A stretch of 60,875 bases of DNA from Clostridia bacterium (lineage in GTDB: Bacteria > Bacillota > Clostridia > Oscillospirales > CAG-382), in contig JAGBXS010000003.1 of the NCBI GenBank assembly GCA_017629175.1, positions 1-60,875 of the forward strand, read 5' to 3'. The notes under the pieces are model-generated. The model worked only from the letters and a program-made list of their open reading frames with translations. It was not told the origin of the DNA and made no database searches. The translations under genes and the position numbers were made by a program. This document shows positions 29,952 through 38,059 of the stretch, piece after piece. The stretch's first letter is position 1. Every line of letters starts with the position of its first letter.

Positions 29952-30394
29952 TGGAAACTCCCATGAAACAGCTCATCGAGGAAGCACTGAAAAATATCAA
30001 CTCCGTAGCGGACGTGAATACGGTGATCGGCGAGCCGGTGACCCTTCCCAACGGCGTGACGGTGGTTCCCTTCTCCAAGGTCAGCGTAGGCTTTGCCACC
30101 GGCGGTACCGACCGCAACCCCAAGACCACCGACAGACCCTTGTTTGCCGGCGGCAGCGGTGCAGGTGTTTCCGTCGTACCCATGGGCTTTTTGGTCATCG
30201 GTGCAGAGGGTAACGTGACCCTTTTGGATCTGAAGAACCCCGATTCCTACACCCCCAAGCAGAACCCCATCGAAAAGCTTTTGGACGGCGCAAACTCCCT
30301 CATGGACCGCGCTCCCGATATGATCGCCAAGTGCAAGGACGCCTTTGGCAAAAAACAAGAAACTCAAGAAACCCAAGAAACCGAGGAAAACTGA
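29951..30394 (+). CDS. ytfJ: GerW/YtfJ-family sporulation protein
   Basis: VIGEPVTLPNGVTVVPFSKVSVGFATGG and GGSGAGVSVVPMGFLVI patterns. 147 aa. Confidence 0.75.
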   Translation: METPMKQLIEEALKNINSVADVNTVIGEPVTLPNGVTVVPFSKVSVGFATGGTDRNPKTTDRPLFAGGSGAGVSVVPMGFLVIGAEGNVTLLDLKNPDSYTPKQNPIEKLLDGANSLMDRAPDMIAKCKDAFGKKQETQETQETEEN

Positions 30395-30395
30395 T

Positions 30396-30938
30396 ATGGC
30401 ACTGAAGTGTATCGTTTTAGAAAACAATCCCGATAAAGAGGTGCGCCACGCCGCCGTTCTGGAGGCAGTACGCAAGTATCTGGGCTCCGATGAGGTCATG
30501 GTGAACTACGGCGCCACCGGCAAGCCCTCCATCACCGGCGCAAAGAAGTACATCTCCGTCACCACCACCGGGGACAAGATGATCGTGGCTCTTTCCGACT
30601 CCCCCGTGGGCATCGACGGGGAGTATCTCCCCCGCTACAAGGAGGGCAGAACGGATTACGCCATGCTGGCAGACCGTTTCTTCTCCGGGGAGGAATCCGA
30701 GTACGTTCGTTCCGGTGCCACCGTGGCAGACGAGAAGGAACGCTTTATGAAGATCTGGACCCGTAAGGAGGCTTACGTCAAATGCACCGGCAAGGGCGTG
30801 GCAGATTTCCCTTCCTTCTCCGTGGTGGAATCCGATAAGATCGTCTCCAAGCTGGGCAATATCCCCTTGAAGAAATTCTCCATCAACTTTGAGGGCTGTG
30901 AGGACTACCTCTTCGCCATCGCAGGGAATTTGAAGTAA
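30396..30938 (+). CDS. 4'-phosphopantetheinyl transferase (Sfp-type)
   Basis: VGIDGEY and KIWTRKEAYVKCTGKG motifs. Start at ATG 30396, just after the ytfJ stop. Confidence 0.72.
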   Translation: MALKCIVLENNPDKEVRHAAVLEAVRKYLGSDEVMVNYGATGKPSITGAKKYISVTTTGDKMIVALSDSPVGIDGEYLPRYKEGRTDYAMLADRFFSGEESEYVRSGATVADEKERFMKIWTRKEAYVKCTGKGVADFPSFSVVESDKIVSKLGNIPLKKFSINFEGCEDYLFAIAGNLK

Positions 30939-30955
30939 GGGAAGGACAGCTTTAC

Positions 30956-31258
30956 ATGATCACCACCAAACAAAGAGCGTATCTCCGCTCCATCGCCGCT
31001 CAGCTCACTCCCATCATGCAGGTGGGCAAGAACGGCATCACCGATAATTTGGTCAAGACCCTTTCCGACTCTCTGGAAGCCCACGAGATCATCAAGCTCA
31101 CCGTTCTGGAGGCTTGCCCCATGACTGCAAGAGAGGTTTCCGACGCCCTTTGTGTGGCATTGTCCTGCGAGGCGGTGCAGACCATCGGCAGAAAGATCTC
31201 CCTCTACCGCCAGGCATCCGAAAAGGAAAAGCGGAAGATCGTTCTCCCCAAAGCCTGA
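30956..31258 (+). CDS. yhbY: YhbY-family (CRM domain) RNA-binding protein
   Basis: TTKQRAYLRSIAAQLTPIMQVGKNGITDNLV...HEIIKL pattern. 100 aa. Confidence 0.8.
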   Translation: MITTKQRAYLRSIAAQLTPIMQVGKNGITDNLVKTLSDSLEAHEIIKLTVLEACPMTAREVSDALCVALSCEAVQTIGRKISLYRQASEKEKRKIVLPKA

Positions 31259-31264
31259 AGCTTT

Positions 31265-31696
31265 ATGAAGATCCTCATCTTAAACGGCCCCAACATCAAT
31301 ATGTTAGGCATCCGTGAGCCGGAAATTTACGGCAAACAGGATTACAAGGCCCTTCTTTCCTTTGTAGGAGAGGTCTGTGACCGCCTGGGCGTGGAATACG
31401 AGTGCTACCAATCCAACCATGAGGGTGCCTTGGTAGACAAGATCCAAGAGGCTTTGGGAGAGTTTGACGCCATCGTCTTCAATCCCGCCGCCTATACCCA
31501 TACCAGCGTCGCCATCCACGACGCTCTTTTGGCCGTTGCCATTCCCACCGCGGAGGTGCACCTCACAAACACCCAATCCCGTGAGGACTACCGCAAGGTG
31601 AATTTCATCACCCCCTGCTGTGAGAAGACCTTCCAGGGTCACGGCTTTGACAGCTACCGCATGGCAATCGAATACATGGCGGAAAAATATTGCTGA
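31265..31696 (+). CDS. aroQ: type II 3-dehydroquinate dehydratase
   Basis: MKILILNGPNINMLGIREPEIYG, QSNHEGALVDKI and NPAAYTHTSVAI motifs. 143 aa. Confidence 0.92.
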   Translation: MKILILNGPNINMLGIREPEIYGKQDYKALLSFVGEVCDRLGVEYECYQSNHEGALVDKIQEALGEFDAIVFNPAAYTHTSVAIHDALLAVAIPTAEVHLTNTQSREDYRKVNFITPCCEKTFQGHGFDSYRMAIEYMAEKYC

Positions 31697-31704
31697 ATTT
31701 TCTC

Positions 31705-31734
31705 TTGACAAACAGGTACAAGGTGTGGTATACT
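31705..31734 (+). promoter_or_regulatory. candidate sigma-A promoter of tRNA-Ala
   Basis: TTGACA, 18 nt spacer, TGgTATACT, ending 11 nt before the mature tRNA 5' end. Confidence 0.6.
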
Positions 31735-31745
31735 ACACCTCGCAC

Positions 31746-31821
31746 GGGGCATTAGCGCAGTTGGGAGCGCACAACACTGGCAGTGTTGGGGTCAGGGGTT
31801 CAAGTCCCCTATGCTCCACCA
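31746..31821 (+). tRNA. tRNA-Ala (anticodon GGC), CCA encoded
   Basis: A manual cloverleaf fits. The 7-bp acceptor stem carries the G3:U70 alanine identity pair. D stem is GCGC/GCGC and the anticodon stem is CAACA/TGTTG with loop CTGGCAG. T stem is AGGGG/CCCCT with a TTCAAGT loop. 76 nt. Confidence 0.95.
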
Positions 31822-31822
31822 G

Positions 31823-31852
31823 AAAAAAGCACTTCGAAAGAAGTGCTTTTTT
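31823..31852 (+). terminator. rho-independent terminator after tRNA-Ala
   Basis: AAAAAAGCACTTCgaaaGAAGTGCTTTTTT. Confidence 0.85.
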
Positions 31853-31856
31853 CAAC

Positions 31857-32053
31857 TAAGTGTTCCGCTTGCGCGGAACGTTAAGTATCCTTCGGACGTG
31901 AAGTGAGGCTACGCCTCGTGAAGTGCGCTTCGCGCGATAAGATGCGGAACACTTAACTTAACTTTGCGCCCTCGGCGCAATACTTCACTTGGGCGATAGC
32001 CCAAACTTCACTGCGGCACGGAGTGAATAATTTCACATTCGGCAACGCCGAAT
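31857..32053 (+). repeat. array of at least 8 short GC-rich tri/tetraloop hairpins punctuated by GTGAAGTG / ACTTCACT words
   Basis: Hairpins are at 31862-31879, 31905-31917, 31925-31935, 31964-31980, 31990-32003, 32007-32027 and 32037-32053. GTGAAGTG occurs at 31898 and 31918, and ACTTCACT at 31982 and 32005. The 12-nt segment 31857-31868 is perfectly complementary to 31944-31955. Confidence 0.8.
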
Positions 32054-32058
32054 AAGGC

Positions 32059-32089
32059 AAAAAAGGACTTTCTTCGGAAAGTCTTTTTT
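32059..32089 (+). terminator. rho-independent terminator closing the hairpin array
   Basis: AAAAAAGGACTTTCttcgGAAAGTCTTTTTT. Confidence 0.8.
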
Positions 32090-32202
32090 CAGTTATATGC
32101 GCTTACGGCGCGTGATATTCCGTCCCTCCCCTTGCATTTTCTCCCTTTTTGTGGTAAACTGTGCACATAACCGAAAATACATTGATTTGGAAAGGAACAG
32201 AG

Positions 32203-32739
32203 ATGAAAAAGAAAACATATATCATCTTGGGAGCAGCAGCATTGCTATTGGTAATCGGACTGATTCTCACCATCCTCCTTTGTGTGAAAAACGATCCGGC
32301 AACAGATGATATCATTGACACGGTGGAAGAGGCAGAAGAGATCTTGGTCCCTGCGATTTCGGAAACCTTTGCGAGAACCACCCTGCCGGGAGAAGAGCTT
32401 CCCGCCTTTTTGAAGGTCATGGAATCCCTGCAAACCTTTGAGGTGCTGTCTGTAAAGCCGGAGGAAGAGGATATGGTGACGGTCACCCTGTCTGTCAGCG
32501 CTCCCAACCTTACGCAAGCGATAGAAACCGTGAACAAGCAGGGAACTCTTTCTCGGGAAGAGATGGATTCTGCCATTGAAGCGGCCATCAAAGAAGTTTC
32601 GCCGCGAAAAGAGGAGGTAACGGTTATCTTCTACAAGCTGGAAGGTATTTGGTATCCTCAAATCACCGACACCTTTTTCAACGCTTGCTACGGCGGCGTG
32701 CTGGAGATATACAAAGACCTGTTGGGAGGTGCAAACTGA
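32203..32739 (+). CDS. hypothetical membrane-anchored protein (low-GC islet)
   Basis: 178 aa from ATG 32203. N-terminal TM anchor MKKKTYIILGAAALLLVIGLILTILLCV. No motif recognised. GC is about 40%. Confidence 0.6.
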   Translation: MKKKTYIILGAAALLLVIGLILTILLCVKNDPATDDIIDTVEEAEEILVPAISETFARTTLPGEELPAFLKVMESLQTFEVLSVKPEEEDMVTVTLSVSAPNLTQAIETVNKQGTLSREEMDSAIEAAIKEVSPRKEEVTVIFYKLEGIWYPQITDTFFNACYGGVLEIYKDLLGGAN

Positions 32740-34979
32740 TGGGCAAGAAGATGGTTGTATGGTTGCTCCTTTTGGCAACATTCCTAAGCTGTTCTCCGGC
32801 GGTAATCGCAGAAAGCGGCTCTGAATACACCAAAAGCAAAGTGGAAATTTGCTTTAACGGGGCTACCTATACCAAAGACATTCTCAAAGGCAAAGACGGT
32901 ACCGTATACGTTCCCGTTGATTGGCTCACCTTCTTTGGACTTATGGAATGTACGGAACACGAAGATTTTTTTGAGTTTTACGATCCCGCCTACGAAAAAC
33001 CCGTTCGTTATTCCAAACGAATCTTCATCAACAAGGATAAAACCTATGAGATCGGTTACTATGCGGGAAAAAGTCTTTCGGACTTTGCGCTGGAGCCTCT
33101 CAAGCTTTATGTGAAATATGCAAACACCCTTTCCGCCGAGGGTATCAGAGATCTGCTGGAGTACGTGAAAAAGAACGATCCCGAATTTTACAAGGCGTGT
33201 TCCCAGAAGCTGAAAAACGTCAAAAAAGGATACTCGATCATGGTAGAAGGTAATTTTTCCAAAACCTTCTGGCAGAACGAAATCTATTGGGTCCCCATGA
33301 AGGAGCTTTTAGCCCTCTTTGATGCCCACGTGGATATCAAGGACGGCAAGGTACAGATCATGACCGTACCCATGCCTGTCTGGAAAGCTCTGGCGAAATG
33401 GGATCTCAGCGAGATCGTTTTCCGCGCAGACGATGAGATGCTCGGAGAGGAGGTCCTCGTTGCGGGTTATTACACGATCTCCACCATTATGGATCGCCGT
33501 TACGATCGGATTGTCAGTTCCGAAAACGGAGCTGAAGCCGATTACCAAGAACTGTTCAAAGCATATTTGGTAGACAACAAAACCTACCTTTCCTCCTTCG
33601 ATGGTGATGGTCATCTGCGGCAGGAGACCATGAAGGAGATCTTCGGCTACTTCACCCAAATGGATTCCGCCGTTTCCTCCTACGAAACGTTGTATGACGT
33701 GTCGGAAGCACTTGGACAAAGCGCAGAATTTCTTTCGGAAAACTTTTTGCTGAAGGAAAGCGACGTATCCGGTGTGATCGGTATGGGCTTGACCGCCGCA
33801 GACAAGGTATTGAATTACGCTTTCATTTACGAAAATCAGGTAAACGATCACCGGAGAATGCTGGGTACGATGTACAATTATTACGCCTCTCTGGGTGTCA
33901 ACGAGAAGGATCGAAATAAGCGAAAAGGTTACCCCTCCTACAAAGCGGCTCTTGCCGTTCAGAATCTGTACGGTCAAGGTGCGGACCGCATGATCGCCGT
34001 AACCCAACAAGGGATGAAGGATCTTGCATACGAGCTGTTGTCTTTTACTGTGGAAGATGTCATTCTGAGCGGAATGAAGCCCGCGACCATCACCTTCGAC
34101 GTGGTCACGGGAATTATGAAGACCTTCGGCAATTACGATGACGTGAAAAACGGTTCTCTTACCTTTAAGGCAGATACGGTCTGCAAGGAATCCTACAATT
34201 GCTACGCCACCGCCCGTTCCATCATGCCCTCCAACGGAGAGGAATTTGAACGATTGCGTTTGCTGGCGCTGATGACGCTGGTATCTTCTCACCATGCGTT
34301 CCAAACCTACAGGTCCCTTGCCGACGAATTGGATACCATAGAAGAAATGCTGGTGGATTTTTACATGGCGGCGGAAAGCATCCCCATGTATAGCTACGAT
34401 TATATTTCAAAGACCAGCGTGGACTTGTATAAGAAACAGAAGGAACTGAATCTGATCGAAATCAAGCCCGTAGATTGGGAACAGAGCAAGGAAGAAATTC
34501 TGCGCATCGTCGGCACCATGGGTCCCTGTGAAAAAATTTACTTTGAAACAGATGCCTTCCTGTATACCGGTACGAAACCGGAGTACGTTAAGCGGGAAGA
34601 AAATTACTATGAGGAAGAGCTGGACTACACCTTCTACAAATACTACTACAAAAAATCCGATGTGGATGCCTGGAGTATCAAGTATTTCGGAATCGTTTTC
34701 AGCAATTATCAATATCACACCACAACTTGGGCGCACACCTTTAGGCTGGAGGGCAATTATCTGGTGGTCATCGAAGATAGCATCGATCCCAGAGCGCTTG
34801 GCAGGGCCAAATTCGTAAAAGAAGTTTCTTCCGATTCAAAGAAAGGCCTGATCGTCTGGCATTGCAGATACGGTATAGAATTTGAACCGGAGGAAAACTG
34901 GACAGATATTCTCGTCACCGTGCAAAAAACCGACCAAGGCTATTCTCTTCGCAAAATTGAACTCATGAACCAATCATAA
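32739..34979 (+). CDS. hypothetical secreted protein, 746 aa (low-GC islet)
   Basis: Signal peptide MGKKMVVWLLLLATFLSCSPAVIAES. Two N-terminal segments resemble copper-amine-oxidase-N-like stalk repeats (NGATY...GTVYVPVDWL; VEGNFSK...IYWVPMKELL). The rest is unassigned. The start overlaps the upstream stop by 1 nt and has a GGGAGG RBS. Confidence 0.65.
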   Translation: MGKKMVVWLLLLATFLSCSPAVIAESGSEYTKSKVEICFNGATYTKDILKGKDGTVYVPVDWLTFFGLMECTEHEDFFEFYDPAYEKPVRYSKRIFINKDKTYEIGYYAGKSLSDFALEPLKLYVKYANTLSAEGIRDLLEYVKKNDPEFYKACSQKLKNVKKGYSIMVEGNFSKTFWQNEIYWVPMKELLALFDAHVDIKDGKVQIMTVPMPVWKALAKWDLSEIVFRADDEMLGEEVLVAGYYTISTIMDRRYDRIVSSENGAEADYQELFKAYLVDNKTYLSSFDGDGHLRQETMKEIFGYFTQMDSAVSSYETLYDVSEALGQSAEFLSENFLLKESDVSGVIGMGLTAADKVLNYAFIYENQVNDHRRMLGTMYNYYASLGVNEKDRNKRKGYPSYKAALAVQNLYGQGADRMIAVTQQGMKDLAYELLSFTVEDVILSGMKPATITFDVVTGIMKTFGNYDDVKNGSLTFKADTVCKESYNCYATARSIMPSNGEEFERLRLLALMTLVSSHHAFQTYRSLADELDTIEEMLVDFYMAAESIPMYSYDYISKTSVDLYKKQKELNLIEIKPVDWEQSKEEILRIVGTMGPCEKIYFETDAFLYTGTKPEYVKREENYYEEELDYTFYKYYYKKSDVDAWSIKYFGIVFSNYQYHTTTWAHTFRLEGNYLVVIEDSIDPRALGRAKFVKEVSSDSKKGLIVWHCRYGIEFEPEENWTDILVTVQKTDQGYSLRKIELMNQS

Positions 34980-35000
34980 TCACATTTTTTTCTCGACAGA

Positions 35001-35040
35001 AAAAGGACAGAGAGTGTTTTACATTCTCTGTCCTCTTTTC
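35001..35040 (+). terminator. rho-independent terminator of the islet operon
   Basis: AGGACAGAGAGTGttttaCATTCTCTGTCCT followed by CTTTTC. Confidence 0.75.
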
Positions 35041-35222
35041 TTGTGTAGTCAAAGCTATGGAGAGAAACTATCAAAAGCTTTTCCCTGTTCCCGAAGGGAG
35101 ACAGGCCACTTTATTCAAAATCTCGTTACGCGCCATAAGTTCGACCTTGCCAACCCGCAGGGTTGATACCGCCACGGAAAAGATACCACACACAATCCAA
35201 AAAGCAAAAACAAAAAAAAGAA

Positions 35223-35251
35223 TTGACTTTTCCCGCAATCAATGCTATACT
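35223..35251 (+). promoter_or_regulatory. candidate sigma-A promoter of nusB-xseA-hslO
   Basis: TTGACT, 17 nt spacer, TGcTATACT. Confidence 0.6.
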
Positions 35252-35286
35252 GACCATGATTGACATACAGAAAGGATTCTTACGGT

Positions 35287-35688
35287 ATGACCAGACGGGA
35301 ATCGAGAGAAAAAGCAGTTTGTTACCTCTATGAATACGCCTGCCAGCCGGAGCTGAGCGTGGACACCATCGTTCAGACCGCGGTGGAGGAGAGAGGCGAG
35401 AACACCAGCGGGTTTGCCAGAATGCTGTTTGAAACGGTAATCGACAACATCGACGAGGTGGATGCACGCATTTCCGACGCGGCAGAAAACTGGAGCCTCA
35501 AACGTATCAGCAAGGTGAGCCTTGCCATTTTGCGCCTTGCAACGGCGGAGCTTTGCTGTCTGCCCGAGCCCACTCCCGACGAGATCGCGGTAAACGAAGC
35601 GTTGGAGCTGGCGCGCCTTTTGGACAGCGAGAAGGCCGTTCCCTTTATCAACGGCGTTCTGGCCAAGATCATCAAGATCAGAGGTTGA
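35287..35688 (+). CDS. nusB: transcription antitermination factor NusB
   Basis: MTRRESREKAVCYLYEY N-terminus, RISKVSLAILRLATAEL and INGVLAKI. 133 aa from ATG 35287. Confidence 0.85.
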   Translation: MTRRESREKAVCYLYEYACQPELSVDTIVQTAVEERGENTSGFARMLFETVIDNIDEVDARISDAAENWSLKRISKVSLAILRLATAELCCLPEPTPDEIAVNEALELARLLDSEKAVPFINGVLAKIIKIRG

Positions 35689-35704
35689 TTCATAACGGAG
35701 ATTT

Positions 35705-36910
35705 ATGGAGCAAAACGTAAGAGCGGTCACGGTTGAACAACTGAATACTTATATCCGGGATTTTCTTGCAGGCGCTCCCTATCTTTCCAACGTGACGGTG
35801 AAGGGTGAGCTTTCCAACGTGCGGGTGTACGGTGCCAGCGGGCACATTTACTTCACCCTGAAGGACGAAAAATCCACCATCCCCGCCACCATGTTCGGCG
35901 GAAAAGGAAAGCTGAACTTTGAGCCGGAAGCGGGCATGAAGGTGGTCTGCACCGGCAGAGTCTCGGTGTTCGTGCGGGACGGTCAGTACCGTCTTTACGC
36001 CGACTCCATGGAGCCCGACGGCATCGGTGCCCTTGCCATTGCTTTTGAGCAGTTGAAGCGCAAGTTAGATGCAGAGGGGCTCTTTTCCCCTTTACACAAA
36101 AAGAAGATCCCCAAGATCCCCTTCCGCGTGGGTATTATCACCGCGGCAGGCGGGGCGGCACTCAGGGATATGATCAACGTCACCAGCCGCCGTTTTCCTG
36201 CGGCGAAGCTTCTCATTGCCCCTGCCACGGTGCAGGGCCCCAACGCACCTCCCGAGCTGATCCGTGCGCTGCATCTTTTGGATGACAACAACCTTTGCGA
36301 CGTGATCATCATCGGCCGAGGGGGCGGCTCTATGGAGGATCTCTGGTGCTTCAACGACGAGGCCTTGGCCAGAGAGATCTACGCCTGCAAGACCCCCATC
36401 ATCTCCGCGGTTGGTCACGAGATCGATTTCACCATCTCCGATTTTGTGGCGGATCTGCGGGCTCCCACCCCTTCTGCGGCGGCGGAGCTGGCTGTTCCCG
36501 ACATGGTGGAATTGGGGCGGAAGTTCGGCAACGTGCAGGACAAGATGAAGAACTCCCTGCAAAACAGAGTGAGCGTGATGTCCCAGCGTTTGCAATTTTT
36601 GGCGTCCCGCCCTGTTTTGACCTCCCCTCAAGCTTATTTTGACGACAGAAAACAGCAGATCCTCTCTTTGGAGGAGCGGTTGAACCGTGCCCTTGTGGTA
36701 TCCTCCGACCGCAAAAAGCAGAAATTACAGCTGCAAGCAGAAAAGCTACACTCCCTGAACCCGCTGGCCATTCTGGACAGAGGCTTTTCCGTGGCTCTCA
36801 AAGAGGACGGAACCATTCTCCGCACCCCCGAAGACGTGGCAGTGGGCGAAGCCTTTACCCTGCGGATGAGTAAGGGTGAGATGCAGGCTGTTAAAACACA
36901 GGAGAACTAA
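35705..36910 (+). CDS. xseA: exodeoxyribonuclease VII large subunit
   Basis: N-terminal OB-fold pattern (VTVKGELSNVRVYGASGHIYFTLKD), GIITAAGGAALRDM and IIIGRGGGSMEDLWCFNDE. 401 aa. Confidence 0.9.
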   Translation: MEQNVRAVTVEQLNTYIRDFLAGAPYLSNVTVKGELSNVRVYGASGHIYFTLKDEKSTIPATMFGGKGKLNFEPEAGMKVVCTGRVSVFVRDGQYRLYADSMEPDGIGALAIAFEQLKRKLDAEGLFSPLHKKKIPKIPFRVGIITAAGGAALRDMINVTSRRFPAAKLLIAPATVQGPNAPPELIRALHLLDDNNLCDVIIIGRGGGSMEDLWCFNDEALAREIYACKTPIISAVGHEIDFTISDFVADLRAPTPSAAAELAVPDMVELGRKFGNVQDKMKNSLQNRVSVMSQRLQFLASRPVLTSPQAYFDDRKQQILSLEERLNRALVVSSDRKKQKLQLQAEKLHSLNPLAILDRGFSVALKEDGTILRTPEDVAVGEAFTLRMSKGEMQAVKTQEN

Positions 36911-36916
36911 GAAAAT

Positions 36917-37792
36917 ATGGCAAGAATTATTCGTGCAATGACCCGGGACGGCTCTGCCAGAGCATTTATCATCGAAGGCAGAGACATCGTCAACCGCGGA
37001 ATACAGATCCACAACACCGCGCCCACCGCTTCTGCGGCCTTAGGACGGGTTCTGTTGGCGGCTTCCCTGATGGGCAGTATGATGGGCGAGAAGGAAGATG
37101 CTCTTACCCTGCGCTTTCAGGGAGACGGAGAAGGGGGTACCGTGCTGGCCTCCTCCGATTACTGCGGCAACGTACGCGGCCTCATCGGCAACCCGGAGTG
37201 TGACCTTCCCCTGCGTGAAACCGACGGCAAGCTGGACGTAGGCAGATGCATCGGCGACGGCTATCTCACCGTGATCCGGGACGCCGGCGGCAAGGAGCCC
37301 TGGCAGGGAACCTGCGAGATCCAGACCGGCGAGGTGGCTGAGGATATCGCTTATTATTACGCCTTCTCTGAGCAGGTGCCCACCCTTTGCGCCCTGGGCG
37401 TTTTGGTGGACACGGACTATTCCTGCAAGGAGGCCGGGGGTATCATCGTACAGCTGTTGCCCTTTGCCGACGAGGAAGTGGCCGCAAAGCTGGAGGAAAA
37501 CGCCAAGAAGATGCCTCCCATCACCACCGCCTTGCAGATGGCCTCCATCGAGGACATTTTGGCAGGGTATCTGGACGGCATTCCCTTCGATATCTTTGAC
37601 GAGATCGATTGCGGCTACCGCTGTGACTGCTCCCGCGACCGTACCGACAGAGCGTTGATCTCTCTGGGCAAAAAGCAGCTGCAAGAACTCATCGACGGCG
37701 AGGAAGAGACCATGGAGATGACCTGCCGCTTCTGCGATAATATTTATAAATACTCCAAGGATAACTTGAAGGAATTGTTGGAGAGTCTTTGA
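36917..37792 (+). CDS. hslO: Hsp33-family redox-regulated chaperone
   Basis: C-terminal zinc centre CDCSRDR...CRFCDNIY. 291 aa. Confidence 0.9.
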   Translation: MARIIRAMTRDGSARAFIIEGRDIVNRGIQIHNTAPTASAALGRVLLAASLMGSMMGEKEDALTLRFQGDGEGGTVLASSDYCGNVRGLIGNPECDLPLRETDGKLDVGRCIGDGYLTVIRDAGGKEPWQGTCEIQTGEVAEDIAYYYAFSEQVPTLCALGVLVDTDYSCKEAGGIIVQLLPFADEEVAAKLEENAKKMPPITTALQMASIEDILAGYLDGIPFDIFDEIDCGYRCDCSRDRTDRALISLGKKQLQELIDGEEETMEMTCRFCDNIYKYSKDNLKELLESL

Positions 37793-37804
37793 GAGAAATT
37801 TTAT

Positions 37805-37901
37805 GGGGATGCTTTTTGAAAAAGCACCCCCATCCCCCCGAAAAGCATTGCCGAAACGCATTTTTGCGTTTCGGTTTTTTCGTTTTTTTGGGTCGTTACC
37901 T
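37805..37901 (+). repeat. family D double-hairpin terminator module, copy 2 (hslO terminator at 37851-37880)
   Basis: GGGGATGCTTTTTGAAAAAGCACCCCC, then CCCCCCGAAAAGCATTG, then CCGAAACGCAttttTGCGTTTCGG followed by a T-run. It aligns with 25169-25267. Confidence 0.85.
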
Positions 37902-37982
37902 TAGGACAAAGGTCTGCAAAGCATATCGCCCTGCACACATTCAAAAAAGTTTCGTTTCGGGGGAAAAAATTACGTGTTTCTC

Positions 37983-38011
37983 TTGATTTTTATACTAAAA
38001 TATTATATAAT
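37983..38011 (+). promoter_or_regulatory. candidate dnaA promoter within a ~50-nt AT-rich tract
   Basis: TTGATT, 17 nt spacer, TATAAT, about 50 nt upstream of the dnaA ATG. Confidence 0.5.
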
Positions 38012-38059
38012 ACTATATCTGAGTATATATAAATTTCGGGTGTGGAAAGGAGCGTGTTT

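Noticed and set aside
31857-31955. Riboswitch or attenuator interpretation of the alternative pairings after tRNA-Ala
   Set aside because: I recognise no riboswitch core, the segment is preceded by a strong terminator, and no gene is positioned to be controlled before the next terminator. It is reported only as an unexplained structured array.
35057-35263. 68-aa ORF between the islet terminator and the nusB promoter
   Set aside because: It has no Shine-Dalgarno sequence and runs through the nusB promoter. It is probably non-coding.
37900-38049. A second DnaA-box cluster upstream of dnaA (bipartite origin)
   Set aside because: Only one 2-mismatch box-like 9-mer (TGTGGAAAG at 38041-38049) was found by eye. 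The AT-rich tract is explained by the dnaA promoter. The call is left open but not made.
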